DNA from: an uncultured Gammaproteobacteria bacterium | GTDB lineage: Bacteria > Pseudomonadota > Gammaproteobacteria > Ga0077536 | Assembly: GCA_942490995.1 (NCBI GenBank) | Contig: CALOBG010000020.1 | Span: forward strand, 22,004 to 86,003 | Length of the DNA: 64,000 nucleotides | Direction: 5' to 3' | Part shown: positions 18,828-28,144 of the stretch, one piece after another | Position numbering within the stretch: position 1 is the stretch's first letter | Layout of the letters: every line of letters starts with the position of its first letter | The notes under the pieces: model-generated | Told to the model about the DNA's origin: nothing | Seen by the model: only the letters and a program-made list of their open reading frames with translations | Database searches by the model: none | Position numbers and translations under genes: made by a program

Positions 18828-20981
18828 TCAGCTCCATTGCCCGCCGCGCGCGGCGCGATAGCCGCCGCGGCGGTGCCTGGCGCCACGCCGTTTACGCGGC
18901 GTGCGCGGGCCGGCCGCGGCGGGAACCAACTGCGAGTCACCATCGCCAATCAGGTCGCTGCGTCCCATCGCCTGCAGGGCTTCGCGCAGCGTGTCGAAAT
19001 TCTTTTCATCGTGATAGCGCAGAAAAGCCTTGTGCAGACGCCGCTGCTTGAGATCTTTGGCGACAAAAACCGGCGCGCTCTTGTAACTCAGCTTTTTCAG
19101 CGGGTCGCCCCGAGTGGTACATCGCCGTCGCCAGGGCCATCGGCGAGGGATAAAAGGTCTGCACCTGGTCGACGCGGAATTTGTTCCGTTTCAGCCACAG
19201 CGCGAGCTTGACCATGTCGCTGTCCTCGCAGCCGGGATGGGCAGCGATGAAATACGGGATCAGATACTGCTTCTTGCCCGCCTCGCGCGAGAGACCGTTC
19301 GAACAGCTTCCTTGAACTGGTAGTAGCTGCCCATACCCGGCTTCATCATCTTCTGCAGGGTGGCGTCTTCGCTGTGCTCAGGGGCAATCTTGAGATAACC
19401 ACCGACGTGGTGGGTGACCAGTTCGCGCACGTATTCCTCGTCGAGCACGGCGAGGTCGTAGCGCAAGCCGGAAGCGATCAGCACGCGTTTGACGCCGGGC
19501 AAAGCACGCGCCTTGCGGTACAGCGCGGTGGTCGGCGCGTGGTTGGTTTCGAGGTTGCTGCACACGGTCGGATAAACGCACGACAGGCGGCGGCAGCTGG
19601 CCTGGATGTCGTCGTCTTTGCAATTCAGACGGTACATGTTGGCGGTCGGGCCGCCGAGATCGGATATAACCCCGGTGAAACCCGGCACCTTGTCACGGAT
19701 ATCCTCGATCTCGCGCAGGATCGACGCTTCCGAGCGGCTCTGGATGACCCGTCCTTCGTGTTCGGTGATCGAACAGAAGGTACAGCCGCCGAAACAGCCG
19801 CGCATGATATTGACCGAGGTTTTGATCATCTCGTAGGCCGGAATGGTCGCCTCGCCGTAGGACGGGTGCGGGCGACGTTGATAGGGCAGGTCAAATACCC
19901 CATCCATTTCCTCGGTCGTCAACGGGATCGGTGGTGGATTGATCCACACTTCGCGCTTACCGTCACGCTGCACCAGGGCACGCGCATTGTGCGGATTCGC
20001 CTCCTGGTGCAGCACGCGCGAAGCGTGCGCGTACAGCGCCGCGTCCTTGATGACTTTCTCGTACGACGGCAGACGGATGCACACCTGCTCGCGCTGGCCG
20101 CGCAGCTGGCGGTGCAGCGGCATCGGGATCACGCGCACCGGCCTGGCGCCGTCGTCGCTGCCGGCGTCGTTGCCGCAGGCGCTGGTCGGATCGACATACT
20201 CGTAAGGGTTTGGCAGGCTGTCGATTTGTTTCGGCCAGTCGATGCGGGTCGAATCGAGTTCGCTCCAACCCGCCGGCACCGCCGCGCGGACCACGGCCGT
20301 GCCGCGGATATCGTTCAGTGTCGACAGCGGGTGCCCCTGGCCCAGCTTGTGCGCCAGCTCCGCAATTGCGCGTTCGGCGTTGCCGTACAACAGGATATCG
20401 GCGTTGGCGTCGAGCAGCACCGAGCGCCGCACCTTGTCGCTCCAGTAATCGTATTGCGCGATCCGGCGCAGACTGGCCTCGATACCACCGATCACGATGG
20501 GGGTCTCGCGGAACGCTTCGCGGCAGCGCTGCGCGTAAACGATAACCGCGCGCTCGGGACGTTTGCCGGCCGCGCCGCCCGGCGTGTAGGCGTCGTCGCT
20601 GCGCAGGCGCAGGTCAGCGGTGTAACGGTTGATCAGCGAATCCATATTGCCGGCGGTGACGCCAAAAAACAGGTTCGGCTGGCCGAGCGCGCGAAAGGCA
20701 TCGACGCTGCGCCAGTCGGGCTGGGCGATGATGCCGACACGAAAACCCTGCGCTTCGAGAAAGCGGCCCATCACCGCCATGCCGAAACTGGGATGATCGA
20801 CGTAGGCGTCGCCACTGACCAGCACGATGTCGCAGCTGTCCCAGCCGAGGGTGTCCATTTCGGCACGCGACATCGGCAGCCACGGCGCGGTGCCGTAGCA
20901 TTCCGCCCAATACGGCGAATAGTCAAACAAATGGGGTGCGGTAACTGGCATCCGGCTATTGTACGTGTTCCCCTCGCTCAC
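18828..20981 (-). pseudogene. ygiQ: YgiQ-family radical SAM protein (UPF0313), reading frame broken by three 1-nt indels
   Basis: The 573-aa ORF (19260..20981) matches the YgiQ N-terminus and radical-SAM core. The conserved C-terminus continues in two other frames: KLFER then [36 protein letters not shown]...YHSG, then [56 protein letters not shown], ending in a basic tail. Shifts lie near 19295, 19310 and 19105. The 19105 shift is an extra G in a G4 run. Confidence 0.75.
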
Positions 20982-21134
20982 GTACCGACGACCGCTCCTG
21001 CCGGCCTGGAGCGGGCGATGATCGTGCGGACAGCGGTGTTCGGGACTGACCGACCGCCGGGTTGACCGATATCAAGCAGCCCTGCGTACTGCTCGTTACA
21101 GTGCCGCTGCACTCGCACAGCACGGAGGTTCACG

Positions 21135-21605
21135 ATGGGCGCAATCAAACATCTCCTGGTTCCGATCGACGGATCCGAGGGCGCCATCGCCGCCGCGACC
21201 TTCGCCGGCGAACTCGCCCGCGGCCTCGGCGCGCGAGTCACCCTGCTCATCGTCCACAACGAGGACCAGCTCGTGCCCTACGCGTGGGGCGCAGGTGAAT
21301 GGCCGGTGATCGCGGCCGATGCGGCGGTGTCTATCGATGAGCTGCGCGAAATCACCGAAAGCGCCGCCGTCGAGAAAGAACTCGCGGCCGCGCACAAGGC
21401 GCTCGGAAAACTCGACACCGATGCCCAGCTCGTGCAGCGCTGGGGGCATGCTGCCGAGGAGATCTGTCGCTACGCGGTCGACAATGAAGCCAATATGATC
21501 GTGATGGGTTCGCGCGGGCGTTCCGGTTTCACACGCCTGCTGCTCGGCAGCGTCAGCAGCCAGGTCGTCGATCATGCCTACAGCGCGGTGACCATCGTGC
21601 GTTGA
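21135..21605 (+). CDS. Universal stress protein (UspA family)
   Basis: UspA-fold ATP-binding C-terminal motif MGSRGRSGFTRLLLGSVS. Confidence 0.85.
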   Translation: MGAIKHLLVPIDGSEGAIAAATFAGELARGLGARVTLLIVHNEDQLVPYAWGAGEWPVIAADAAVSIDELREITESAAVEKELAAAHKALGKLDTDAQLVQRWGHAAEEICRYAVDNEANMIVMGSRGRSGFTRLLLGSVSSQVVDHAYSAVTIVR

Positions 21606-21618
21606 TCGATAGCGGGGT

Positions 21619-22182
21619 TCACTCGTCCTCACGCAGGGCGGCGAGATAGCGGAACAGCTGGCGAGCCGCTACCGGCGCGCGGCCGGCGCGTTGTTCGGCC
21701 TGGGCCTTGCGGACGAGTTGCATGAGCTGCTGTCGGTCGAGGCCTATGTAGCGCTTACCGAGTTCGTCGATCACGGCGCTGTCACCGGCCAGCAGCGCGT
21801 CGCGCCAGCGTTCCACGCTATGAAAGTGACGCACCTCGTCGGTATGCGGGCGCTTGAGCGCGGCCAACGCCGTGGCCACCGCACGATAATCTTCGCGCGC
21901 CAGCTGGGCGCTCGCGTAACGCAGCTGGCGCTGTCGCGCACGTCGCTCCAGACGGCCAGCGGCGAGCAGTGCGGCGCGGGTCGTTTCGCTCAGCGGCAGA
22001 CGTTCGAGCGCGTCGCCGCCGAGGCCGATAAGCTCGAGCGCCAGCGCCTGGACCGCGGCCAGTTCACGTTTGACGGCCGACTTGCTCGGCCCGGCTTCGT
22101 CGTCAAAATCGCCGTCAGCGGCCTCTTCCGGCGCGGCTGAAGACAGTAACCCGGGAACGGGCTTGCGTCGTCGCGGACTCAT
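21619..22182 (-). CDS. yjgA: Ribosome-associated protein YjgA/DarP (DUF615)
   Basis: Co-linear similarity to E. coli YjgA (acidic N-terminus; ...RRRQLQ...; C-terminal ARQLFRYL). Confidence 0.75.
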   Translation of the reverse strand: MSPRRRKPVPGLLSSAAPEEAADGDFDDEAGPSKSAVKRELAAVQALALELIGLGGDALERLPLSETTRAALLAAGRLERRARQRQLRYASAQLAREDYRAVATALAALKRPHTDEVRHFHSVERWRDALLAGDSAVIDELGKRYIGLDRQQLMQLVRKAQAEQRAGRAPVAARQLFRYLAALREDE

Positions 22183-22397
22183 GTCGGAGAACGCCCGGAG
22201 CTTTTTTTGCGATCACCGCTGCCTGCGATGGCGGCGATCAGCGCGTGCCGGTGTTGACCGAAATGGCGCATCGTGTTCTTGTTTGCCATACAAATCTGCG
22301 GACCTCGAACCGGGTTGCACCGCGCGGAAGGCGCGCTGGATTTCACTATCGAGCGATCCTCGTCGCCGACACGAATCAAACTGAGACCACCGCTGCC

Positions 22398-22724
22398 ATG
22401 CACTACCGCACTGTCGAATCCCTCGCCCGTTGGCTCGAGCGGATCGTAATTGGCCTCGCCGTGGTGGCGGTAGTCTACCGCGCAATCCTCTACCCGCTGA
22501 TCGACAAGCCGCCGGGAGCGAGCTGGGGCAATGGTGACGTTATCGATTTTGCCCTCGGTCTGCTGCTGTTTCTCAGCGGTGGCCTGTGCGCAGCGAGCGG
22601 TATTGCACTGTCGGCGATGGCCGACAATCGTGATCGCGGCGCCGCCTACCGGCCGGTACTGATCGGCATGACGACCTTCGTGGTCTACTATCTCGTTCAC
22701 CCGTATATCCCATTCCTGCTCTGA
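22398..22724 (+). CDS. Hypothetical small membrane protein
   Basis: Three predicted TM helices. Start chosen at MHYRTV. No domain recognised. Confidence 0.35.
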   Translation: MHYRTVESLARWLERIVIGLAVVAVVYRAILYPLIDKPPGASWGNGDVIDFALGLLLFLSGGLCAASGIALSAMADNRDRGAAYRPVLIGMTTFVVYYLVHPYIPFLL

Positions 22725-22738
22725 AGCGAGAGTCGACC

Positions 22739-23683
22739 ATGCCCGCACAACGTCATTTCGAACAGATCGAAACCAACGGGGTAACACTCAACACCGTTGT
22801 CGAAGGCGAAGGCCCGCTGCTGATCCTGCTGCACGGCTGGCCGCAGTGCTGGTACCTGTGGCGACACCAGATCGATCCCCTGGTCGCGGCCGGCTATCGG
22901 GTCGCCGTTCCCGACCAGCGCGGCTACGGCCGGAGCAGCAAGCCGCAGGCCGTCGAGGCTTACAATATTCGCGCCCTGGCCGGTGACATCAACGGTCTGG
23001 CCGGCGCGCTCGGCTATGACACCTGCACCGTTATCGGTCACGACTGGGGCTGCCTGGTAGCGTGGAATACCGCCCTCCTGCACCCCGAGACCTGCACCGC
23101 CGTGATGGGTTTGTCGGTGCCGTTCTGGCGACCCACGCCGGCAACCATCGACCCGCCCGGCTACGACGATCGCTTCTGGTATATCCGCTATTTTCAGCAG
23201 CCCGGGATCGTTGAACAGGAACTCGAGGCCGATCTCGAAAACGCGCTGCTGCAACTTTACTACGGTCTCGCCGCCGATTCGCCGTTCGGCGCCTGGATGC
23301 AACAGCTCGAACATCCGGCGACGAGTTCGCTGCTCGACGCACTGCCGCATACCGATCATCGCCCGGCGTGGCTCAGCGCCGAAGATTTCGCGGTTTATCT
23401 CGACAGCTATCGGGCCAGCGGATTCCGTGGTCCGTGCAACTGGTACCGCAATCTGCCGACCCAATGCGCGCTCACACCCGAACTCGAACACGCCCGCTTT
23501 ACTCAGCCGGCGGCGTTCGTGGCCGGCGCCGAAGACGACGTTCTGCTCTATGACCCGGAATGGCGCAGCAGCTTTCCGCAGGCATTCGACGATCTGCGTT
23601 TCATCGAAATCATCGACGGCGCCGGGCATTGGCTGCAGGTGGAAAAGCCGGCGAGACCACCGCCCAGATCCTCCGTTTTTTGA
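22739..23683 (+). CDS. Alpha/beta hydrolase (epoxide hydrolase-like), C-terminus apparently frameshifted
   Basis: HGWPQ...HDWG pattern typical of epoxide hydrolases. The last about 13 codons as given (ARPPPRSSVF*) give way, in the -1 frame, to a conserved-looking tail ETTAQILRFLKQLE*. This suggests a 1-nt deletion near 23655. Confidence 0.8.
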   Translation: MPAQRHFEQIETNGVTLNTVVEGEGPLLILLHGWPQCWYLWRHQIDPLVAAGYRVAVPDQRGYGRSSKPQAVEAYNIRALAGDINGLAGALGYDTCTVIGHDWGCLVAWNTALLHPETCTAVMGLSVPFWRPTPATIDPPGYDDRFWYIRYFQQPGIVEQELEADLENALLQLYYGLAADSPFGAWMQQLEHPATSSLLDALPHTDHRPAWLSAEDFAVYLDSYRASGFRGPCNWYRNLPTQCALTPELEHARFTQPAAFVAGAEDDVLLYDPEWRSSFPQAFDDLRFIEIIDGAGHWLQVEKPARPPPRSSVF

Positions 23684-23718
23684 AGCAGCTCGAGTAATAC
23701 GAATCTCGCACGACCTAA

Positions 23719-24008
23719 CAGGTTGGTGAAAAACGTCGCGAGGAAGGTCGAGCGCAAGGCGCGGGCGCGACGAGGACCGGAGTTTACTGGTGTAAATGAG
23801 GACCGCAGGCGAGTGCACAACGCCGCCCACGGTATCCGCAGTAGTTTTTAACCTGCCCTGCAGCAGGGTGGTGAAAAACGTAGCGAGGAAGGTCGGGCGC
23901 AAGGCGCGGGCGAGACGAGGACCGGAGTTTACTGGTGTAAATGAGGACCGCAGGCGAGCCCGCAACGCCGCGCACGACCTCCGCAGTAGTTTTTCACCAC
24001 CCTGCTAG
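23719..24008. repeat. Two tandem copies of a 142-148 bp element flanked by 16-20 bp terminal inverted repeats (MITE-like)
   Basis: Unit 1 is 23719..23860 and unit 2 is 23861..24008, about 90% identical. Unit 2 is bounded by cagcagggtggtgaaaaac ... gtttttcaccaccctgctag. Each unit has an internal hairpin TTTACtggtGTAAA. Confidence 0.75.
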
Positions 24009-24340
24009 TGAGCGCGCCCCGGACGTAGCTGATAACAACCGCCTTCGAGTTTGCCGAAATAGTCGGGGACGTCGGGATGATTCACCGGTTCACCGCTTTC
24101 GTCATGCAGCAGGTTCTGTTCCGAAACATAGGCGATGTAACTGGTTTCGGCGTTCTCGGCGAGCAGGTGGTAGAACGGCTGGTCTTTGCGCGGACGCACT
24201 TCGGCCGGGATCGACTCCCACCACTCGTCGGTATTGGCGAAAGTCGGATCGACATCATAGATGACACCGCGAAACGCATAGATGCGGTGCCGGACAACCT
24301 GTCCGATCAGAAACTTCGCGTTGCGTACGATGTCAGTCAT
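24005..24340 (-). CDS. hspQ: Heat shock protein HspQ (YccV-like hemimethylated DNA-binding domain)
   Basis: HspQ-like sequence IGQVVRHRIYAFRGVIYDVDPTF...WYHLL. Start at MTDIV; the longer ORF N-terminus is non-coding-like. The stop codon lies inside the repeat TIR. Confidence 0.8.
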   Translation of the reverse strand: MTDIVRNAKFLIGQVVRHRIYAFRGVIYDVDPTFANTDEWWESIPAEVRPRKDQPFYHLLAENAETSYIAYVSEQNLLHDESGEPVNHPDVPDYFGKLEGGCYQLRPGRAH

Positions 24341-24440
24341 GGTGGTCCGGGTGCTGCTCGCTCGAGAGCCTAGTCTACCCCAGAGCGCGACGCCAGAGCG
24401 CCGATCACCACTCCCGATCTTGGTTAAACTGCACACTCGA

Positions 24441-25283
24441 ATGCCACCAACAGCCATCAATATGCTCGCCGACCTGCATACCCATACCACCGCGTCCGAC
24501 GGCAAACTCGCCGCGTCCGAACTGCTCAGCGCGGCGAGCGCCGCCGGCGTAACCCTGCTCGCGATCACCGACCACGACACCGTTGCGGCTTATAGCGGGC
24601 TCGATACCTGCCGCCACGCCAACCTCAACGTGGTCGCCGGGGTCGAGTTTTCGTCGTGGTGGGAGCGCACCGGCATCCATATCCTCGGTTTGAATATCGA
24701 TCTGGCGAGTCCGGCCATCACTGCAGCCTGCCGGCACCAGGGCCAGGCCCGCGACGACCGCGCGCGGGCCATCGGCGAGCGACTGCGCAAGCGCGGCATC
24801 GGCAACGCCTATGAGGGCGCTGCGGCCTATGCCGGTGGTGGGGCCATTGGGCGGCCGCATTTCGCGCGCCACCTGGTCGCCGTTGGCGCGGCGGTCGACC
24901 CGGCCGACGCGTTTCGTAAATTCCTCGGCGGTCGCCACGAGGCCGGCGGCTTCGACCACTGGGCGCCACTGGCCGCCATCATCGCCTGGATCCGCGACGC
25001 CGGTGGCACCGCGGTACTCGCCCACCCGGCCAAATACAAACTCACCAACGGCCGACTCAACGCGCTCCTTACAGCCTTCCGGGTAGCCGGTGGTCAGGGT
25101 CTGGAGGTCATTTCCGGCCAGCAGACGCCGGACCAGACGCGTCACCTCAGCGCCCTCGCCCGCGCCCACGACCTCGCCGCCTCCGCCGGTTCAGATTTTC
25201 ATCAGTCGGGACTGCCATGGGCGACGCTAGGCAAGGTCGCGCCGCTCGCTGCCGACCTGCGCCCGGTGTGGGATCTGTGGTGA
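24441..25283 (+). CDS. PHP-domain phosphoesterase (TrpH/YciV-like)
   Basis: N-terminal DLHTHTTASDG PHP motif. Start could be the ATG at 24441 or the one at 24462. Confidence 0.8.
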   Translation: MPPTAINMLADLHTHTTASDGKLAASELLSAASAAGVTLLAITDHDTVAAYSGLDTCRHANLNVVAGVEFSSWWERTGIHILGLNIDLASPAITAACRHQGQARDDRARAIGERLRKRGIGNAYEGAAAYAGGGAIGRPHFARHLVAVGAAVDPADAFRKFLGGRHEAGGFDHWAPLAAIIAWIRDAGGTAVLAHPAKYKLTNGRLNALLTAFRVAGGQGLEVISGQQTPDQTRHLSALARAHDLAASAGSDFHQSGLPWATLGKVAPLAADLRPVWDLW

Positions 25284-25328
25284 TCGACCCGCACGCCACG
25301 GATTTCGAAGGAAGTTTTCGCGCTTTTT

Positions 25329-26081
25329 TTAGCGCCCGGTGACTGTCCGCGTGGCGGCGCGAAAGCGCTGCGCCTGCTCGTCGCTGCCGCGCAGTTCGCG
25401 GTTGATGTCGTTTTCGGCCGCCACTGCCGCCTCATCGATACTCGCCGCGTCGATGACCCGTTTTGACTCGCGCACCGCGCGTGGCGAATTGGCCGCGATT
25501 TCCTGGCCCAGGGCGAGCGCCGCCGGCAACAACTCGTGATCGGCGCAGACCCGGTTCAGCATGCCCCATTCCAGCGCCTCGGCGGCGTCGAACCGGCGCG
25601 CGGTGAAGATCAGCTCCTTGGCGCGCGCGGCGCCGACCAGGCGCGGCATCATCGCCGCCCCGACGACCAGTCCGTAAGCCGCGCCCGGCAGGCGGAACGT
25701 TGCCGCCGGACTGGCCAGACGAATATCGCAGGCGATCGCGAGCAGCGCTCCACCGCCGAAACAGTAGCCGTTGATCGCCGCGATCAGGGGTAGCGGAGAA
25801 GCCTGCAGGCGTTCGACGGCGCGGTAGGCCGACGAGGTACCACTGTCGCCGTCACCGCCCTCGACACCGCTCGCCTCGAGCATGTCCTGACCGGCGCAGA
25901 ACGCCTTGGCGCCGCTGCCGGTGACGACAATCGCGCGCACGCTGTCGTCAATCTCGGCGGCGTCGAGTGCAGCGATCAAAGCCGCGGCAAGTTCGCTGTT
26001 AATCGCATGATGACGTGCCGGGCGATCGAGCGTCAGGACCAGTACCGGCCCGTCGCGGCGTTGCTGCAGGACGCCCGCCAT
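25329..26081 (-). CDS. Enoyl-CoA hydratase/isomerase (crotonase) family protein
   Basis: Crotonase fold motifs (VVTGSGAKAFCAGQDM; ING.CFGGG). Start at MAGVLQQ. Confidence 0.8.
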   Translation of the reverse strand: MAGVLQQRRDGPVLVLTLDRPARHHAINSELAAALIAALDAAEIDDSVRAIVVTGSGAKAFCAGQDMLEASGVEGGDGDSGTSSAYRAVERLQASPLPLIAAINGYCFGGGALLAIACDIRLASPAATFRLPGAAYGLVVGAAMMPRLVGAARAKELIFTARRFDAAEALEWGMLNRVCADHELLPAALALGQEIAANSPRAVRESKRVIDAASIDEAAVAAENDINRELRGSDEQAQRFRAATRTVTGR

Positions 26082-26088
26082 GCTCAGA

Positions 26089-26613
26089 TCAGAGCGGTCC
26101 GGGGCGGACCGGGTCTTTACCGTCCCAGCCTTTGGCGGCGTCTTCAACGAGCGAGAACAGGTCTTTGAACACCTGGTTGTTATCCCACAGTTCGATGAAG
26201 TGTCCGACCGTATCGACGGTGTCGAAGTACACCAGTGGCGCGCCGCCGACAGTACATTCAAAGGCCGCCTCATGACAGCGCGCCTTGTACTCGGCAACGG
26301 TGGCGGCGTAGTCGACCGGCATCATGCCGAAATGGTGGACGCCGGTGCGGCCGGCATCGAGAAATTCCTTGTACACCGACGGCGCATCGGTTTCGCAGTA
26401 AATCAGTTCGATCTGAACATCGCCGGAATTGCCCAGGGCAAGAGTAACGTCGGCATTTGACGGCCCGCCGCGGTAGCGCTGATTTTCCAGCGGGCAATGT
26501 TCGAACTTGAAGAACGGGCCGACCTTCAGCGCCTCGGTCCAGTATTTCAGTGCGGCGTCGAGGTCGCGCACCACATAGGCGACCTGGCGAATGGTGTAGA
26601 GCGGCTGTGTCAT
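26089..26613 (-). CDS. VOC-family (glyoxalase/bleomycin-resistance/dioxygenase fold) protein
   Basis: Two beta-alpha-beta-beta-beta modules. Start at MTQPLYT with a GGGGAGAAA RBS. Confidence 0.65.
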   Translation of the reverse strand: MTQPLYTIRQVAYVVRDLDAALKYWTEALKVGPFFKFEHCPLENQRYRGGPSNADVTLALGNSGDVQIELIYCETDAPSVYKEFLDAGRTGVHHFGMMPVDYAATVAEYKARCHEAAFECTVGGAPLVYFDTVDTVGHFIELWDNNQVFKDLFSLVEDAAKGWDGKDPVRPGPL

Positions 26614-26852
26614 GGGTTTCTCCCCGGTTTCGCGTTGGGAAACTTGCGCGCGTCCGGTGTTCCAGCCGCAGCAAAGCTGTCCTTGAGAACGATGACAGTA
26701 ACCCGAACGACCGGTCACGAAAAGTACCCGCGCCGACTCGCGTTCACAGCCGCGCCCGGGCCTGTTACTTTACTCACCGTCGGACCAGTTATAGATCTTC
26801 AGCGCCGGACTGTTCCCGAGCCAGCTTACACCGCGCCAACCGAGAACCGCAC

Positions 26853-27248
26853 ATGCCCGATTTTGCCCGCGCGATTGCCGTCGACCAGGCTTATGCCCGT
26901 CACCTCGGCATTGAACTGGTGTCCGCCACCACCGATCATGCCGTGCTGCGCCTGCCGTATCGCGAGTTCCTCGGCGCCGACCGCATCAACGGCGGTGCGA
27001 TCAGTTCGCTCATCGATCTGGCCGCGACCTGTGCGATCTGGACCCACCCGGACGTTGGCGCCGGTGCCCGCGGCGCAACCGTCGGTTTCAGCATCAACTA
27101 TCTCAAGCTCAGCGTCGCCGTCGATTTGACCGCCGCGGCCCGGGTCCGGCGCCGCGGCGGCAGCATCTGCGTCAGCGACGTATCAGTAACGAACCCCGAC
27201 GGCGACGAGGTTGCGCTGGCCACGGTGACCTACAAACTCAATCCCTGA
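26853..27248 (+). CDS. PaaI-family hotdog-fold thioesterase
   Basis: 131-aa protein with hotdog thioesterase pattern (GGAISSLIDLA...GFSINYL). Confidence 0.7.
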   Translation: MPDFARAIAVDQAYARHLGIELVSATTDHAVLRLPYREFLGADRINGGAISSLIDLAATCAIWTHPDVGAGARGATVGFSINYLKLSVAVDLTAAARVRRRGGSICVSDVSVTNPDGDEVALATVTYKLNP

Positions 27249-27301
27249 CCAGCCCATCGCGTCGGGCCGGCATGCCATTTCAACACTCAAGGACATTCAC
27301 T

Positions 27302-28105
27302 ATGCGCTACCTCACCCTGCTCCTCCTGCTGTCGGGCCTGACGCCGGCAAGTACCCTGGCGGCAGACGCCGCCCTCATCGCAGCGGCCAACGGCAAGCAT
27401 CGATCGGCGGCCAATATTGCGCGCAACGACGCGCGCCACCCCGTGGAGACGCTGGAATTTTTCGGCATCCAGCCAACCATGACCGTGGTCGAGATCTGGC
27501 CGGGCGGCGGTGGCTGGTACACCGAGATCCTGGCGCCATACCTGCGCGAGGACGGGCTGTTATACGCGGCCAATTACGACGGCAGCACCGGGGTCAGCTA
27601 CTTCGAAAAAAACGCCCAGGCATTCGTCGACAAACTCGCTGCCAATCCCGACGTCTACGACAAGGTCAAGGTCGGCGCGCTGATGCCGCCGGCCAGCCTC
27701 AGTGCGGCGCCGGCCGGCAGTGCGGACCTGGTCGTGACGTTCCGCAACCTGCATAACTGGGTGCGTGACGGGCGCGCCGAAGCGATGTTCGCGGCGGCCT
27801 ACGCGGCACTCAAACCGGGCGGTATCCTGGGGCTCGTCGCGCATCGCGGCAGTGCTGAGATGGTCGGCCCCGAGGCTGCCAAAAGCGGTTACCTGGCCGA
27901 AAGCGAGGCGCTGCGCCTGGCCGCCGGCGCCGGCTTTGAATTCGTCGCAAAAAGCGAGATCAACGCCAACCCCAAAGACACGCGCGACCACCCGCAAGGC
28001 GTGTGGACGCTGCCGCCGAGTTTTCGTGCCGGCGAGGTCGATCGCGACAAGTATGCCGCGATCGGCGAAAGCGACCGCATGACGATGAAGTTTGTGAAAC
28101 CGTAG
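27302..28105 (+). CDS. Secreted class I methyltransferase-like protein
   Basis: Signal peptide MRYLTLLLLLSGLTPASTLAA. Motifs EIWPGGGGWYTEIL and LKPGGILGL. Its stop lies 22 bp before the IS1-like insertion. Confidence 0.55.
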   Translation: MRYLTLLLLLSGLTPASTLAADAALIAAANGKHRSAANIARNDARHPVETLEFFGIQPTMTVVEIWPGGGGWYTEILAPYLREDGLLYAANYDGSTGVSYFEKNAQAFVDKLAANPDVYDKVKVGALMPPASLSAAPAGSADLVVTFRNLHNWVRDGRAEAMFAAAYAALKPGGILGLVAHRGSAEMVGPEAAKSGYLAESEALRLAAGAGFEFVAKSEINANPKDTRDHPQGVWTLPPSFRAGEVDRDKYAAIGESDRMTMKFVKP

Positions 28106-28144
28106 ACGCTCGGCGCGCCGGCCGCGCTAGATTTTGGTAGTGCC

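Noticed and set aside
18795-19211. 138-aa plus-strand ORF
   Set aside because: Lies antisense to the frameshifted C-terminal region of ygiQ, whose three frames there all carry conserved YgiQ sequence.
19374-21065. 563-aa plus-strand ORF
   Set aside because: Antisense to the ygiQ radical-SAM gene, whose translation carries the conserved family motifs.
22697-23965. 422-aa minus-strand ORF spanning the epoxide-hydrolase gene and the repeat region
   Set aside because: It is antisense to a well-supported hydrolase gene. Its N-terminus is a translation of the tandem repeat (duplicated peptide segments), so it is a GC-rich open-frame artefact.
24405-25169. 254-aa minus-strand ORF
   Set aside because: Antisense to the PHP-domain gene.
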